A stretch of 64,000 nt of DNA from a virus (Duplodnaviria > Caudoviricetes). The notes below the pieces were generated by a model. It had not been told where the DNA came from and searched no databases. It was given only the letters and a program-made list of their open reading frames with translations. Within the stretch, counting starts at the first letter, position 1, and each line of letters begins with the position of its first letter. The position numbers were made by a program, and so were the translations under genes. The stretch lies in the IMG/VR virus record IMGVR_UViG_3300044712_000179, positions 1,024 through 65,023 of that record; one strand, written 5' to 3'. Shown here one piece after another: positions 27,401-38,800 of the stretch.

Positions 27401-28447
27401 TTATTTATTTTCTAGGTATGCGATTCGTTGTTCTTGTGATTCTATGATTGCTTGTTGTTCTTGGATTGCTTTGGTTAATAATGCTACCATATTTTGATAA
27501 GCTAATGCATCTGGAGTACCATCTTCTGCGTATTGTACAAACTCTGTCAATCCTAATTCTTGTACTTCTTCAGCTATTAAACCAGCAAATGTTTTATCAG
27601 CATCTATATTTCCTTTCCCCTCATAAGAAACTGGTCTTAATTGCATTACTTCTGCTAATCCTTTAGTATAATCTTGGACATTCTTTTTATACTTAATAGA
27701 AGATGTAGAACGATATAAATCTCCTCCACTTGGATTAATCCACGCATTTGCAGCGTTACCAGTTGTCCAAGTAGAAGCAGTTTTAGGAAATGAAATTAAA
27801 CCATCATTTCTGGCTAATATTAAATTATTATTTGATGAATTTTGAATTATTATAGCAAATCCAGAACTATCACTTTGTCCACCAATTAAATAAGTTCCAC
27901 TTCCTCCATTAACTTGTAATCTATAAGTTGGGCTGCTTGTTCCTATACCAACATCACCCCCACTTGTAATACGCATTCTTTCGGTAAAACTATTAGATGT
28001 ACCAAATATTAAATTATTAGTTGAAACTATTGCTAAATCGGTACTTGAAGCTCCACCAGTAAATGCTGAGTGCTGACCTAAATAACCATAAATTGTACCA
28101 CTATATTTATAAACACTAAATGCATATCCATTTGTAACTGCATCATAATTACCATATGATGTATTAGCTGGTACAGAAAAATTAAATTGACCAGCATTTA
28201 AAGTAGCATATCCATTCCCACTATTTAATAAAAAGAAAGTACCAGCATTATGTTGTATTCTTGCTACACTTGTAACATCTCCAATAGAAAATCCATAAGT
28301 GCTTGTAACAGATAAATTACCTGTAAATCTACCAGTACCAGTAACATCTAATCTATACGCAGGAGCTGATGTATTGATTCCAACATTGCCATTAGCATCA
28401 ACAGTCAGTCCATTTATTAAATTACCCAATTTTTGCGTATTACCCAT
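27401..28447 (-). CDS. Tail fibre/RBP with S74 chaperone domain
   Basis: GNVGI repeats, SS.KYKKN, GLIAEEV, C-terminal coiled coil. Confidence 0.88.
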   Translation of the reverse strand: MGNTQKLGNLINGLTVDANGNVGINTSAPAYRLDVTGTGRFTGNLSVTSTYGFSIGDVTSVARIQHNAGTFFLLNSGNGYATLNAGQFNFSVPANTSYGNYDAVTNGYAFSVYKYSGTIYGYLGQHSAFTGGASSTDLAIVSTNNLIFGTSNSFTERMRITSGGDVGIGTSSPTYRLQVNGGSGTYLIGGQSDSSGFAIIIQNSSNNNLILARNDGLISFPKTASTWTTGNAANAWINPSGGDLYRSTSSIKYKKNVQDYTKGLAEVMQLRPVSYEGKGNIDADKTFAGLIAEEVQELGLTEFVQYAEDGTPDALAYQNMVALLTKAIQEQQAIIESQEQRIAYLENK

Positions 28448-28493
28448 ATTAATCTTATTTATTATGGCAAATTTACGCTATTTAGGGGCCATA

Positions 28494-28526
28494 AAAAAGC
28501 CCCCTACCTTGTGAGATAGGAGGCTT
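28494..28526 (-). terminator. Rho-independent terminator
   Basis: Hairpin followed by T run on - strand. Confidence 0.6.
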
Positions 28527-28552
28527 ATATATCAGTTCAATCACACCCCGCT

Positions 28553-29014
28553 CTACATTGGAACTACAGGAGCTTCTGTAGGAGCTGTTGTAGGTTCTTC
28601 TTTCTTAGCCAATACCTTATCCAATAAGATAGGCCAATACTCATCTGTTTCAATGTTATACAATTCACCTACATTCAACTTAGGAACTTCCACCTTCTTC
28701 TCGATAGACTCTAATTCCTCAATCTTCTTCGCTAATTCCGCTTGATGGTCTGGTGGAATAAGGTAAGTACCATTCTTTTCTTCTCCCTTTCCTTCCTCTA
28801 CCATCTCCTTGAATAGAGATAATCTTGTTTCTTCATATGCCTTCACTTCTTCTAAAATCTTATTAGATAATTCTGTCTGTAAGATGTGTTTAGCGCGAAT
28901 GCTTAATTTGTGACCTAATACGCCTTTTGTTTTAAACGCTGGGTCTTGGCTGTTATTGCCATTTAATTCTCCAAATAAGTTAACTACTTCTCCGAGTGTT
29001 AGTGTTACTTTCAT
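28553..29014 (-). CDS. Hypothetical protein
   Basis: ORF in tail region. Confidence 0.75.
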   Translation of the reverse strand: MKVTLTLGEVVNLFGELNGNNSQDPAFKTKGVLGHKLSIRAKHILQTELSNKILEEVKAYEETRLSLFKEMVEEGKGEEKNGTYLIPPDHQAELAKKIEELESIEKKVEVPKLNVGELYNIETDEYWPILLDKVLAKKEEPTTAPTEAPVVPM

Positions 29015-29034
29015 AATTGGTTATTGATTGATGA

Positions 29035-29373
29035 TTAAATAATTTCTTCTAAATTACCCTGTTCTACATTCCATATAATAGAATGAACCATAGGGTGCTG
29101 GTTATTGATTTCTACCACCTCTCCCTCTTGGAAGTGTTGATAGGTGGTTGTATTCTCTGTAGTAGCAATGACTCCGCTAAATGCCTTTAATGCCTTAAAT
29201 TTACGCGTATAGGAGGCGTATGGGAATAGTTCATTCAGGTATTGCTGTCTTTCATCGCAGCCGCATCCTTCCGCTCCTGCTAGTTTAGCAACAGCGTCCG
29301 CTACCTTATCTATGCCTAATGCGTGTGTAAATTTAGCGATAGTATCGCCTAATCCTTTGCTTTCCGTGCTCAT
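29035..29373 (-). CDS. Phage protein (GLGDTI..CGC family)
   Basis: GLGDTIAKFT..GCGCDER..LN motif. Confidence 0.75.
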   Translation of the reverse strand: MSTESKGLGDTIAKFTHALGIDKVADAVAKLAGAEGCGCDERQQYLNELFPYASYTRKFKALKAFSGVIATTENTTTYQHFQEGEVVEINNQHPMVHSIIWNVEQGNLEEII

Positions 29374-29389
29374 TGGTTAATTGCTTTGG

Positions 29390-29782
29390 TTATTGAGCTG
29401 GAGATACAGGCATTTCTGGAACAGTAGCTGGCTCTTCAGGAGTAGGTTCTACAGGTGTAGGAGCCCAAGGGAGTGGCAAATTTATCAGAGGCGGGTTCTT
29501 GATGTTCTCTAATTGTTGAGCTAAACTAGCGTCTAGTGCTTCTACATCTAAACCATTTTCAAGCCACTGGCATACTTGAGCCTCCGTCAAATCAGGATAT
29601 GCGGTAAAGTCTGTTTCTGAGGGGGTTGCGCAAGCCATAGCGCCATATACATCTGCTATAATTTCCTTCTCATTGAAGATTTCACTTGCTTGTCTGCGCC
29701 AATGTACGCAAGAGACCACATCCAATAATCCTTCAGACTTCGGCTTGGTATCCATTGCGCTAATAATCCACTTTGTATTCAT
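29390..29782 (-). CDS. Tail-fibre-associated protein
   Basis: V..VHW, F.AY..LTE.QV..W, LPW; adjacent to fibre genes. Confidence 0.65.
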   Translation of the reverse strand: MNTKWIISAMDTKPKSEGLLDVVSCVHWRRQASEIFNEKEIIADVYGAMACATPSETDFTAYPDLTEAQVCQWLENGLDVEALDASLAQQLENIKNPPLINLPLPWAPTPVEPTPEEPATVPEMPVSPAQ

Positions 29783-29829
29783 ATGTTTATTTTTTGTAAA
29801 ATTACTAATTTATTGCGTACGATTTATAT

Positions 29830-31044
29830 TTATTTTGACTTAAGTATATCTATTTCTGCTTTTAATTCTTTAATAGCTTCTGCCATTAAGGAAACTAAAG
29901 ATGGATAGTCAACCATATATAAATCAGTATGCTCAAAATAATTAACTGCTTCTGGCACTATTTCTTGAACATCTTGGGCTATAAATCCAATCTGCTTTTT
30001 ATCAGGAGTTTCTATTTTGTTAAAATATACACCTTTTAATTTCATTACTTTATCTAATCCATTTTCTATTGGAATGATATTTTCTTTAATTCTTCTATCT
30101 GATGTAACATTAAATGCTGTTGCATACATAGCCCCCATTGCGTAAGACTCTGAAGTATAAATCATTGTTCCGTTTGTACAAGCTCTACCCCAGTTATAAG
30201 TAGTTGAACCACCTATACCTACACAGTTATTTCCAGCTGAGTAATATATAGTCCATTTTGATGAGGCAGATCTATAAAATCCTCCAGACCCATCTGACGT
30301 GTGCATTACAGCCATTCCGCTATAAACATCAACAAAACCTCCATATCCTCCCTTGCTTCCATCCATTTGCCAAGGAGAATATCCGGTATTATTATTCGCT
30401 GCAAAAGTTCCACTATATCCATCACTGTAATAAATAGTAGATGCTACTGATTGAGCATAGAAGTTTCCTTGAACGTGAAGTTTATAACTAGGACTTGTAG
30501 TTCCTATTCCTACACTTCCGGTAGATATTATTCTAACAGCTTCTGAATTTCCTCCAAGAGTTAATACTCCGCTACTAGACCTTATATCACTTGCTCCGAT
30601 AGTAACTCCATTGGCTGTAAAGTTACCTGATATTGTACCTACACCAGCGTTAGTAATTCTGAATTTTTCACTCCAAGTTATAGTCGTACTTGCAGTTCCG
30701 CTTGCAGCAGTTTGAAAAACAAATTGACCACTATCAGTAGTAATTAATGTAGCAAAGTTATTTGTTCTATAAATCCAATTTGTGCCATTATGAGTGGCAT
30801 TATTAGTTATTGCCATTTGACCACTGCCTCCATAAAATCCACCAGTATCTCCAAAGAACATAGCGTTAAATGAACTTAAACCCCAAGTGCTTGATGATGC
30901 TCCTAATTGTAATGTACCAGTAAATCTACCAGTGCCATTCACATCTAATCTATAAGAAGGAGAAGTTGTATTTATCCCCACATTACCATTGCTATCTACA
31001 GATAACCCATTGACTAATCTACTGCTATTGTAATTCTTTCCCAT
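29830..31044 (-). CDS. Tail fibre/RBP with S74 chaperone domain
   Basis: SDRRIKENI, GFIAQDV; N-terminus paralogous to 27401..28447. Confidence 0.88.
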   Translation of the reverse strand: MGKNYNSSRLVNGLSVDSNGNVGINTTSPSYRLDVNGTGRFTGTLQLGASSSTWGLSSFNAMFFGDTGGFYGGSGQMAITNNATHNGTNWIYRTNNFATLITTDSGQFVFQTAASGTASTTITWSEKFRITNAGVGTISGNFTANGVTIGASDIRSSSGVLTLGGNSEAVRIISTGSVGIGTTSPSYKLHVQGNFYAQSVASTIYYSDGYSGTFAANNNTGYSPWQMDGSKGGYGGFVDVYSGMAVMHTSDGSGGFYRSASSKWTIYYSAGNNCVGIGGSTTYNWGRACTNGTMIYTSESYAMGAMYATAFNVTSDRRIKENIIPIENGLDKVMKLKGVYFNKIETPDKKQIGFIAQDVQEIVPEAVNYFEHTDLYMVDYPSLVSLMAEAIKELKAEIDILKSK

Positions 31045-31045
31045 C

Positions 31046-33571
31046 TTAGTTTATATTATTTCTTGTTAGAATAGATTTTAAGTTATCGTTTTCTGCTTTT
31101 AATTCTTGAATTGCTTTTACTAATACTGGAACTAATTCTTGATAACGAACTCCAAGCATTTCGTCTGCATTTGTATCAATTACTTCAGGAAACACCTTTT
31201 GTACATCTTGTGCAATTAATCCTAAATTAACTTTTTCACTGGTATCTTTTTTCCAAGTGTACTTAACTGTTCTTAATGTCAATAATGAATCAATAGCATT
31301 TTCTATATTGCCAGTTATATTTTTTAATCTTTCATCAGAGTTTGCAGTCCAAGAGGTATTCCCGCTTGTTAAATAAACTCCAGTTGTATCACTATTTTCA
31401 ACTCTAAAAATATTTGTAGCATTATAGTTATTAGGACCAAATGACCAAACTGTTGAAGAAGCAGGTGCTTTTAAATAAAATAAAGCAGTAGCACTTGCAC
31501 TACTTGTACCAACAGATACTTGCCCTCCACTTGTGATACGCATTCTTTCGGTATCACCAGTATTAAATAACAATGGAACTGACTGTACGGAACTTAAAAC
31601 AGTATTTATAGAATTAGTATATAAATATGCCCCTCTTGTTGAACCATAGTTTATTTCTAAAATTGAATTACTTGTTCCACTAATTGTTAATGCCCTATCT
31701 ACACTTGCACTATTTGGACTGCTTGTTCCAATTCCTACATTACCAGTTGAGGTGATTCTCATCCTCTCAGTATCGTTAGACTTGAATATTACACCACCAG
31801 CATTAGATCCTAATTGAATAAAGCTACCATCCTGATATAAGAAACCTCTATCGGTTCCTGATGCTCTAAACATAATACCTTGAGAAGAGGCTCCGTCAAT
31901 AGTTAATGTTCTTGAGAAATAGTTAGCAATCGTAGCTGTTCCAAATCCTGCGTTAGTTCCATCATCAAAGAATATACTATTCCCCAGCGTACCACTTGCT
32001 GTCCACTTAGATAAGTATCCAGCTGTTCCTGAGCCACCCACACCTGTAAATCCAGTTGCGTTGTATGTGTATGCAATTACTTCTACCTTATCATTTAATA
32101 CACAAGCTGTATTGAATACAATACTAGTTCCATTGGTAGCTGTATATTCAGTATCATCTAATTTAGAACCATTATAGAACACATCTACTAAACCTACGGA
32201 GTAAGTAACAGTAAATGTAGTTTGTCCAGCTGTAGCTGTAAATAAAGTCTTTTGTCTTAAAGCATTTGTAGCGATAAATTGAGAACCATATTTATATACT
32301 TCTACAATATCACCTGAAGCAGGAGTGCTAGCTATAACAACAGTTGTTCCATTGGAAGCCGTAAATTCTGTAGCATTATCTAGTTTAATACCATTGATAA
32401 ATACATCCACCATACCTACCGCATATCCACCTGTAATTGTATAGGTAGCAGATGAACCATCAGCAGTAAATTTCTGTATCGTTCTAGTAGAAGCTGAAGT
32501 AGAATCGATTGTCCAAGAGCGATTCGCACTTAAATCATATGTAGTTCCATTGATTGTAAGTGTTCTAGATGTAGGTACATAAGAGCTTAAATCACTTGTT
32601 AAAGCAACAGTACCACTTGCATCTGGGAATGTATATGTTCTTGGGAAAGTAGGAGATGCAGTCTTGAATAAAATATCGTTTGCTGCACCAAAACTAATAC
32701 CTAAAGAATCTGTACTTATAGCGTATATAGAAGTAAATCCAGATATGCCTGTTGAACCAGAAGCGTATTGTTTAAATCCTAAAAATGCACTACCGGAGCC
32801 ATTATCAATTCTAATGTTATTTGAGAATGTTTTAGCGCCGGTGATTGTCTCCATTCCAGCTATGTGCACTACTGAAGCATCATTTGCTGGTGTAAATCCT
32901 AGCCATCCAGATATTGTTTTATTTACCCATAATGTACCATTATATCCTAATATATGCCCATTGATAGGAGTAGTTGTTTTTAAATCAACATTGTGTAATT
33001 CTTCAAGCTCAAATCCATTCTGCACCTTTACAAAAATCTCACCATTATTAGCGTTAATTCTTGTAACAATACCTATGAATACCATATGAGCAGGAGCGCT
33101 AGGTTTATTCGCTAATCCATATATCAAGTTTCCATTTGTTCCTAACCATACAGGGTCTCCAGCAGATGTAGCGCCTGTTGTATCTAATCCAGCTAATAAA
33201 CCTTCCGTAATAACATTTCCTATTCCATTTAAAGATAATGTAGATTCTATTAATCCCATTGTCTTAGATGATGTAGCTTCGGCATCGTTAGATGCTTTAC
33301 TAACAACCATATTAGTACCATCCGCACTTGTAACATAAACAGCCTGTCCTTTTATTAATGCTACACCAGCTTTGACAGCGTGTTTTACGGTAGATGTATA
33401 ACCAGCAGGTAGATTAGCTATGTTCAAATCCGAGTACAATTCAGCCGCAGTTCTAAAATCTACATTGCCAGAAGCATCAAGCACTAAAAACTTGTCAGTA
33501 TTTACGCCAGCGTTGGCTACGGAGTTAGCTGTTATTGTACCATTAAATATGGCATTACTTTGAAACTTCAT
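31046..33571 (-). CDS. Long tail fibre with S74 chaperone domain
   Basis: Duplicated FTA.G..T.Y.VG.VDVF.NG.KL modules, ERMRITS repeats, SDERLK, GLIAQDV. Confidence 0.88.
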   Translation of the reverse strand: MKFQSNAIFNGTITANSVANAGVNTDKFLVLDASGNVDFRTAAELYSDLNIANLPAGYTSTVKHAVKAGVALIKGQAVYVTSADGTNMVVSKASNDAEATSSKTMGLIESTLSLNGIGNVITEGLLAGLDTTGATSAGDPVWLGTNGNLIYGLANKPSAPAHMVFIGIVTRINANNGEIFVKVQNGFELEELHNVDLKTTTPINGHILGYNGTLWVNKTISGWLGFTPANDASVVHIAGMETITGAKTFSNNIRIDNGSGSAFLGFKQYASGSTGISGFTSIYAISTDSLGISFGAANDILFKTASPTFPRTYTFPDASGTVALTSDLSSYVPTSRTLTINGTTYDLSANRSWTIDSTSASTRTIQKFTADGSSATYTITGGYAVGMVDVFINGIKLDNATEFTASNGTTVVIASTPASGDIVEVYKYGSQFIATNALRQKTLFTATAGQTTFTVTYSVGLVDVFYNGSKLDDTEYTATNGTSIVFNTACVLNDKVEVIAYTYNATGFTGVGGSGTAGYLSKWTASGTLGNSIFFDDGTNAGFGTATIANYFSRTLTIDGASSQGIMFRASGTDRGFLYQDGSFIQLGSNAGGVIFKSNDTERMRITSTGNVGIGTSSPNSASVDRALTISGTSNSILEINYGSTRGAYLYTNSINTVLSSVQSVPLLFNTGDTERMRITSGGQVSVGTSSASATALFYLKAPASSTVWSFGPNNYNATNIFRVENSDTTGVYLTSGNTSWTANSDERLKNITGNIENAIDSLLTLRTVKYTWKKDTSEKVNLGLIAQDVQKVFPEVIDTNADEMLGVRYQELVPVLVKAIQELKAENDNLKSILTRNNIN

Positions 33572-33574
33572 TTA

Positions 33575-34669
33575 TTATTTTTTAATAACTACACGATAAG
33601 CATTTGCTGAAGGAGCTGTTGCAAAACTAACTGCAATTGCAGCTGTAGTGCTCATTACAACATCCGCATAAACTTGCTCATATGTAGCGTTATCATATAT
33701 TAAAACAGTTACATCTCTTGTATTCAAGTTATGTGTAACAGTATAGCTTGTTAAAGAACCATTACCCACATTCGCGGCATAACCACCCACAGCGTTTGCT
33801 AACAATGTAGCTAACTTCAATGGAGTTACGAATGCTGTATCATTTGTTCCTGTACTTACTTCTGTTTGAGTAGCAATCCTAGCCACACCCAATACAGTCT
33901 CTGTAGCTTGGTCTCTATTTACTTCTAATTGAATCCAATCAGAAGCAAGTGTAGTAGAAGCGTTATCTATCTTAGCGATAATTACATCACCCACATTGAA
34001 TGCTACACCACCCGTTGTACCAGCTGTTGTTACATACCAATAATCACCTTTCTTAGTCCCAGCTACTGGAGTAGAGCCTACTGGGAATATACCGCTTGAA
34101 GCGTTCCATCCACCCTCTAGATTACCTAATCCACCAACTGCTGCATCGATATAAGCCTTCACTGAACTTGAAGTAGCTAAGGTTGTTGAACTAGCAGAAG
34201 CTAAATCTGTTACAATCACTACCTCTGAAACATTCGCTGCACCACCAGAAGTATTACCTAAAACTCTAAGGTTAGCTATTTGAGCAATCTTAGCTAAGGT
34301 AACTTGGTTATCTCCTATCTTAATGGTAGTAACAGCCCCATCATTTAATTTAGCTGTTGTAATACCTAAATCTTTAACACGAACAGTATCTGTATTGATT
34401 TCAATGGTAGCATTATCTACATTCACATCTAATGTTACATCTCCACCGCTACCACCACCAGTCAAACCAGCACCTGCAATAACAGCTGTAATATCACCTG
34501 TTAAGTCTATCCAAGCTGTTCCATTGTATAAGAACAACTTCTTTACGCCAGTAGTAGTATCAAAATAGATTTGACCAGCTACAGGGCTAGACGGAGCTCC
34601 AGCATTGTTATGTACTGCGACATTTACTATCTGGTTTTTGTTTAAGTCAATGTTGGTAAGAAATTTCAT
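33575..34669 (-). CDS. Tail/virion fibre protein
   Basis: GQIYF, ITTAKL, IATQ.EV..GT..VTP..L, THNLNT motifs. Confidence 0.75.
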   Translation of the reverse strand: MKFLTNIDLNKNQIVNVAVHNNAGAPSSPVAGQIYFDTTTGVKKLFLYNGTAWIDLTGDITAVIAGAGLTGGGSGGDVTLDVNVDNATIEINTDTVRVKDLGITTAKLNDGAVTTIKIGDNQVTLAKIAQIANLRVLGNTSGGAANVSEVVIVTDLASASSTTLATSSSVKAYIDAAVGGLGNLEGGWNASSGIFPVGSTPVAGTKKGDYWYVTTAGTTGGVAFNVGDVIIAKIDNASTTLASDWIQLEVNRDQATETVLGVARIATQTEVSTGTNDTAFVTPLKLATLLANAVGGYAANVGNGSLTSYTVTHNLNTRDVTVLIYDNATYEQVYADVVMSTTAAIAVSFATAPSANAYRVVIKK

Positions 34670-34676
34670 TTCGTTT

Positions 34677-35291
34677 CTAGTTTAAGTACGCTTTACCACT
34701 AACAGCAGAGGTAAATGTTATTGTAAGTTGATTTAAAGAATTATATCTAACCTCTCCCATAATAATATCATTAGCTGTATCAACGATATTAATAGAAGGG
34801 TATTTATTCATATTATGATTGACTGTCCAAGTGGCATTTGCTACTTGTTGGTCGTGTAAATAATAATCTCTAACCTGATCTTTAATATAAGTAAAATCAA
34901 GGTTAATCATTACGCTAGCTCCTGTAAAATCAGTAGAGCCATTCATACCAGCACCTAATGATAAAGGAGTAGCCTTTAAGAAGTATGGAGAAACAGAGCT
35001 AATAGCATTACTATATACTACATCGGAATACAAAGGAGTTAGTTTTCCGTAGTTATAGATATTACACTTAGCTTCTAATTTCTCTGCTAACTTATCTAAA
35101 ACAGGTGTACCTAAATAGAAATTATCACCCCATTCAACAGCCTTCTTATAAATATATATAATGTCTCTCTCGTAGTCTAGCGTCTCACTATCTTCCGCAA
35201 ACATATCATTATAGGCATCTGCGCCTAGTCGATATACTGTTTTATCGGCTTTCAGTAAAATCTCGTCTATCTGTCCTTGGGTGTAACCCAT
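34677..35291 (-). CDS. Virion structural protein
   Basis: C-terminal W.V.HN..KYPS module; tail context. Confidence 0.65.
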   Translation of the reverse strand: MGYTQGQIDEILLKADKTVYRLGADAYNDMFAEDSETLDYERDIIYIYKKAVEWGDNFYLGTPVLDKLAEKLEAKCNIYNYGKLTPLYSDVVYSNAISSVSPYFLKATPLSLGAGMNGSTDFTGASVMINLDFTYIKDQVRDYYLHDQQVANATWTVNHNMNKYPSINIVDTANDIIMGEVRYNSLNQLTITFTSAVSGKAYLN

Positions 35292-35292
35292 A

Positions 35293-35823
35293 TTAGTATC
35301 CTATTTTAAGGTTATCATTAATAAACTGACCTCTATCAAGGCAAGCCTGCGCAGCTCCTAAGTCTCCATCAGTACCTGCTTTCTTAGCAGATTCTTGCTC
35401 AATAAATAGACGCATTACATCTTTTACAAATCTATAATCCTTTTCTAATCCGGGATTTATAGCCATTTTATGGCTGTTTGTGTAGAATGAACTTAATATA
35501 AAGCAAGTCAATACAGGAAGTTCTGTTTTAGTGTAAACACTGCCCGGTTGAGGACTATTAGAAGTTAATGTTAAAATAACTTTATATGCATAATCCTTAT
35601 CTAATCCTGTAAAGCTAATAGCATTTCCAGCCGTAAATGGCCAAGTATAGTTATTGTATGTGATTCCGTTAGCTGTCAAATAAGTACCATCAGATTTCTG
35701 TATGGTAAGTTTTCTTAAAGAAAAAGTATTTTGAGCTTCCACATTATATGTAGATACATCATTAACAGCAAATTGGCTACAATCTGCTCCTTGGGTGATG
35801 CTTATGGCTGTAATAAAAGGCAT
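35293..35823 (-). CDS. Virion structural protein
   Basis: Start reassigned to ATG 35823 downstream of TATATTTG box. Confidence 0.6.
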   Translation of the reverse strand: MPFITAISITQGADCSQFAVNDVSTYNVEAQNTFSLRKLTIQKSDGTYLTANGITYNNYTWPFTAGNAISFTGLDKDYAYKVILTLTSNSPQPGSVYTKTELPVLTCFILSSFYTNSHKMAINPGLEKDYRFVKDVMRLFIEQESAKKAGTDGDLGAAQACLDRGQFINDNLKIGY

Positions 35824-35857
35824 ATTAAAACGTTTATGCAAATATACCTAAAATCTC

Positions 35858-38800
35858 CTATTCCTCTTCTATTGCCCTGATTGCCATCTCGTATTCTGGG
35901 CTATTCTCTTTTACAGTTTCTCTAAGCTTTTTACCGAATAAAGAAAGACCGCTATCGTTCAATAATCCATATTCCATACCCCATTTCAAAGTGTTGTAAA
36001 ACTTCTCTTCTCCCATAGCCTTCTTCATCTCCATCATCTTAAACACTCTTGATTCTTGGCTCTTTAGAGAGAATAGTCTTCCGAACTTCATCTTATCTTC
36101 ATCTCCGCTTGTAATGGCTGTAACATTGGCTGCTGTAGCGTCGTCTAAAATCTTAGCCAAAGGGTTCTTGCCACTTTCTGTTTCAGCTTCGTCAGCTGCT
36201 GCCATAGCCTTCATAAATGCCTCACCACCCTTCTTATACAGCGATATAAGGTATTTAGCTCTTGATTCTGGGTCTTTATATCCAGCAGCCTTAGCAATAC
36301 CTACCTTTACATCAACAGGAGCTTCTGAGGTAGGAAGAGCCTTAATGGCATCATATGCCTCTTTTTGCTGTTTATTCATAGCCTTGCCTTCGATAGCCTT
36401 CATTGTAGCGTTTGGAAGATTGTCAGCAGGAAGAATGCCTAACTGAGAAGCTACATTGATAGCCGCCATCGCAGCCGCTAATCCTCTATCTTCATCAGCT
36501 ATCTTTTGAACATAATCTTTACCGAAATAAGACTTCACTACATCTCCGCTAATTCCCTCATTAATCATTGTGCCAGCTTGAGAAGCCTTCTTCATTGCGA
36601 TACCCGCAAATCCTAAGTTATCAAACTCATCCTTATTATCTCCTTGATATAAATTAAATCTTAAATCAGAAGGAGTTCCTTTATACACTGTATTGTTTAA
36701 AACAGCATTAATACCTCTATCTACAATCTTATCAGTAAATGGCAATGGAGATAAGATGTCGTTAAACATATTTGTAGTCATTGACTTGATGGCTCTGTTG
36801 TACAAATCTTCCTTCTCCTTCTCTCCTAAAACTACTCCAGCTAATGCGTTAGCGGCTGTTGTGTAGGCAATCATTTGAGCAGACTTTACGGCAGAGAAAA
36901 CAGCCATCTCCGCAGCAAGTGCATATAGAGACCTTCTAGCCTTCTGTCTGTCCTGTAGCGTATTTGTCTTAGAGCCAGCGTTCTTAATATCCGATAACAT
37001 TCTAGCCTTTTGGTTAATATTGAAGCTACCGAATGGCATTAAGGTATTTCTAATGAATGTTTTAGTATTATCCCTAGATGCCATAAACTCTCCAGCCAAT
37101 GCTCTATCGGTTACGTTCTGTTGAACATCCACCATATTTTGAGCATAGTCTGCTGCAAAGTCATTTATCTTATGATTCTTCCAATCTATTCCATTAGGGT
37201 CAATTCCTTGTTCTTTTAAAGATTGTCTATAATAAGCCATAAATGATATGATAGCAGCGTTCTTATCGAAGTTTCCTAACATCTTTTGTAACCACCATTT
37301 GTTTATATCTACAATCTTACCGCCTAGCTTAGATAGAGGGCCAGAAGCTGTCTTATCTAATATCTTATTAGTAGATTCAATAAATCCTTCTGCTTCTATA
37401 CCTCTATTAGCGATAGCTCTTCCAGAGTTCTTTATAAAATTAATTACATCAGGGTCTCTAAAGTCTCCAATCTTAACATTGCTTGCACCAGCGTTCACTA
37501 ATGTATTCGTAAGTGTTGGAATAGTTTGTTTTACAGGAGCCCATAAACTAGCCAAAGACCTTGAGGCAACAAGTGTATTCAATCCATTAAATGTCCTTCT
37601 TAGTTCTGTATAACTAGAAGGGTCTACTGCATCAAAACCTCTTGCTCTAACAATATAATTCTTCATCTTATCCAAAGCTAAATTAGCTTGGTCTTGAGAG
37701 TTGAATATCTTATTATAGTTCTTAGACTTTACAAATGATCTTAACTTCTTAATATCTCTAGCGGTATAGATGTCTGTTAAAGCTCTATCCATCGCCTTTG
37801 ATGTATTGTAGTCAAAATTAAAGTCAATATATCTTCCAGCAGGAACATCTGATAATGGAGTTGTCTTCATTAATACACCACTTTTCTTAGAAGGTATATT
37901 ATCTGCATACGAAGCAAAAGCACCTGTTTCTAATGGGTCTTGCTCTGCATTAGCTTCTCTCTTAAGCGTTCTAAATATAACTGGGTTATATCGATTATCG
38001 TTGCCTAAGTCTTGATTGTATATATTTAAAGACACATCTTTTAATTCAGGATAATACTCTGCCCACTTATTTGTCCACCAATCAACAGCCTCTATATTAG
38101 TCTTATCCATTTTAGCCTCTACATCTTGTATAGTATTTGCATCTGCTAATATCTTATCATATATTTCTTGATATACTTCAGCTACGGCAGCATCATCACC
38201 TCCGCTTTCTCTCATTGCATTGATGGAACTTTGAGCTAACTCTTTCTTCTTTAAGAATTCTGCTTGATTTTGTTTCTCATCTAATCCTAAATTTCTTCTT
38301 ACATATGCATAAATACCTCTCTCAAATACATTATTTTGACTAGAGAAATCTTCTCCGTTTGGCTTCTTCTTTTCAAATGTTTTTACAAAATTATCAATCA
38401 TTGTATTGATGGTGGTAACAGCTTTTGCTCTACCATTCTCTACACCTTTGAATCCAGACTTTTCTAAGAACTCCGTTGATTTAGTATCTCCAAATATAGT
38501 ATTGAAGTATACAGGAATAGAACTAAAGTTTTCTAAGAATGCATTAATTCCCTTTGTCCCAAGTTCTTTTGCGAATTTGGTAAACCCTTTCTTCTTTATA
38601 GCCTTGCTATTTGCAACAGCGTCAGAAGGAGCTTTAGGATACTTCTTAGCAAATGCCTCTGAATTAACATCGCCTTCGTGTCCTGCTAAAACAGCATCTA
38701 AGCCAGATGTCTGTCCATTAGTAGTAAAATTGGATAATGCTTCTATTGCTCTATATGCATCATCTAATTTCATTGAAGTAATATCTATCTTCAATAATTC

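Noticed and set aside
27401-33571. Diversity-generating retroelement or invertase shufflon at the fibre genes
   Set aside because: No reverse transcriptase or recombinase seen, no adenine-specific TR/VR pair, repeats are direct rather than inverted
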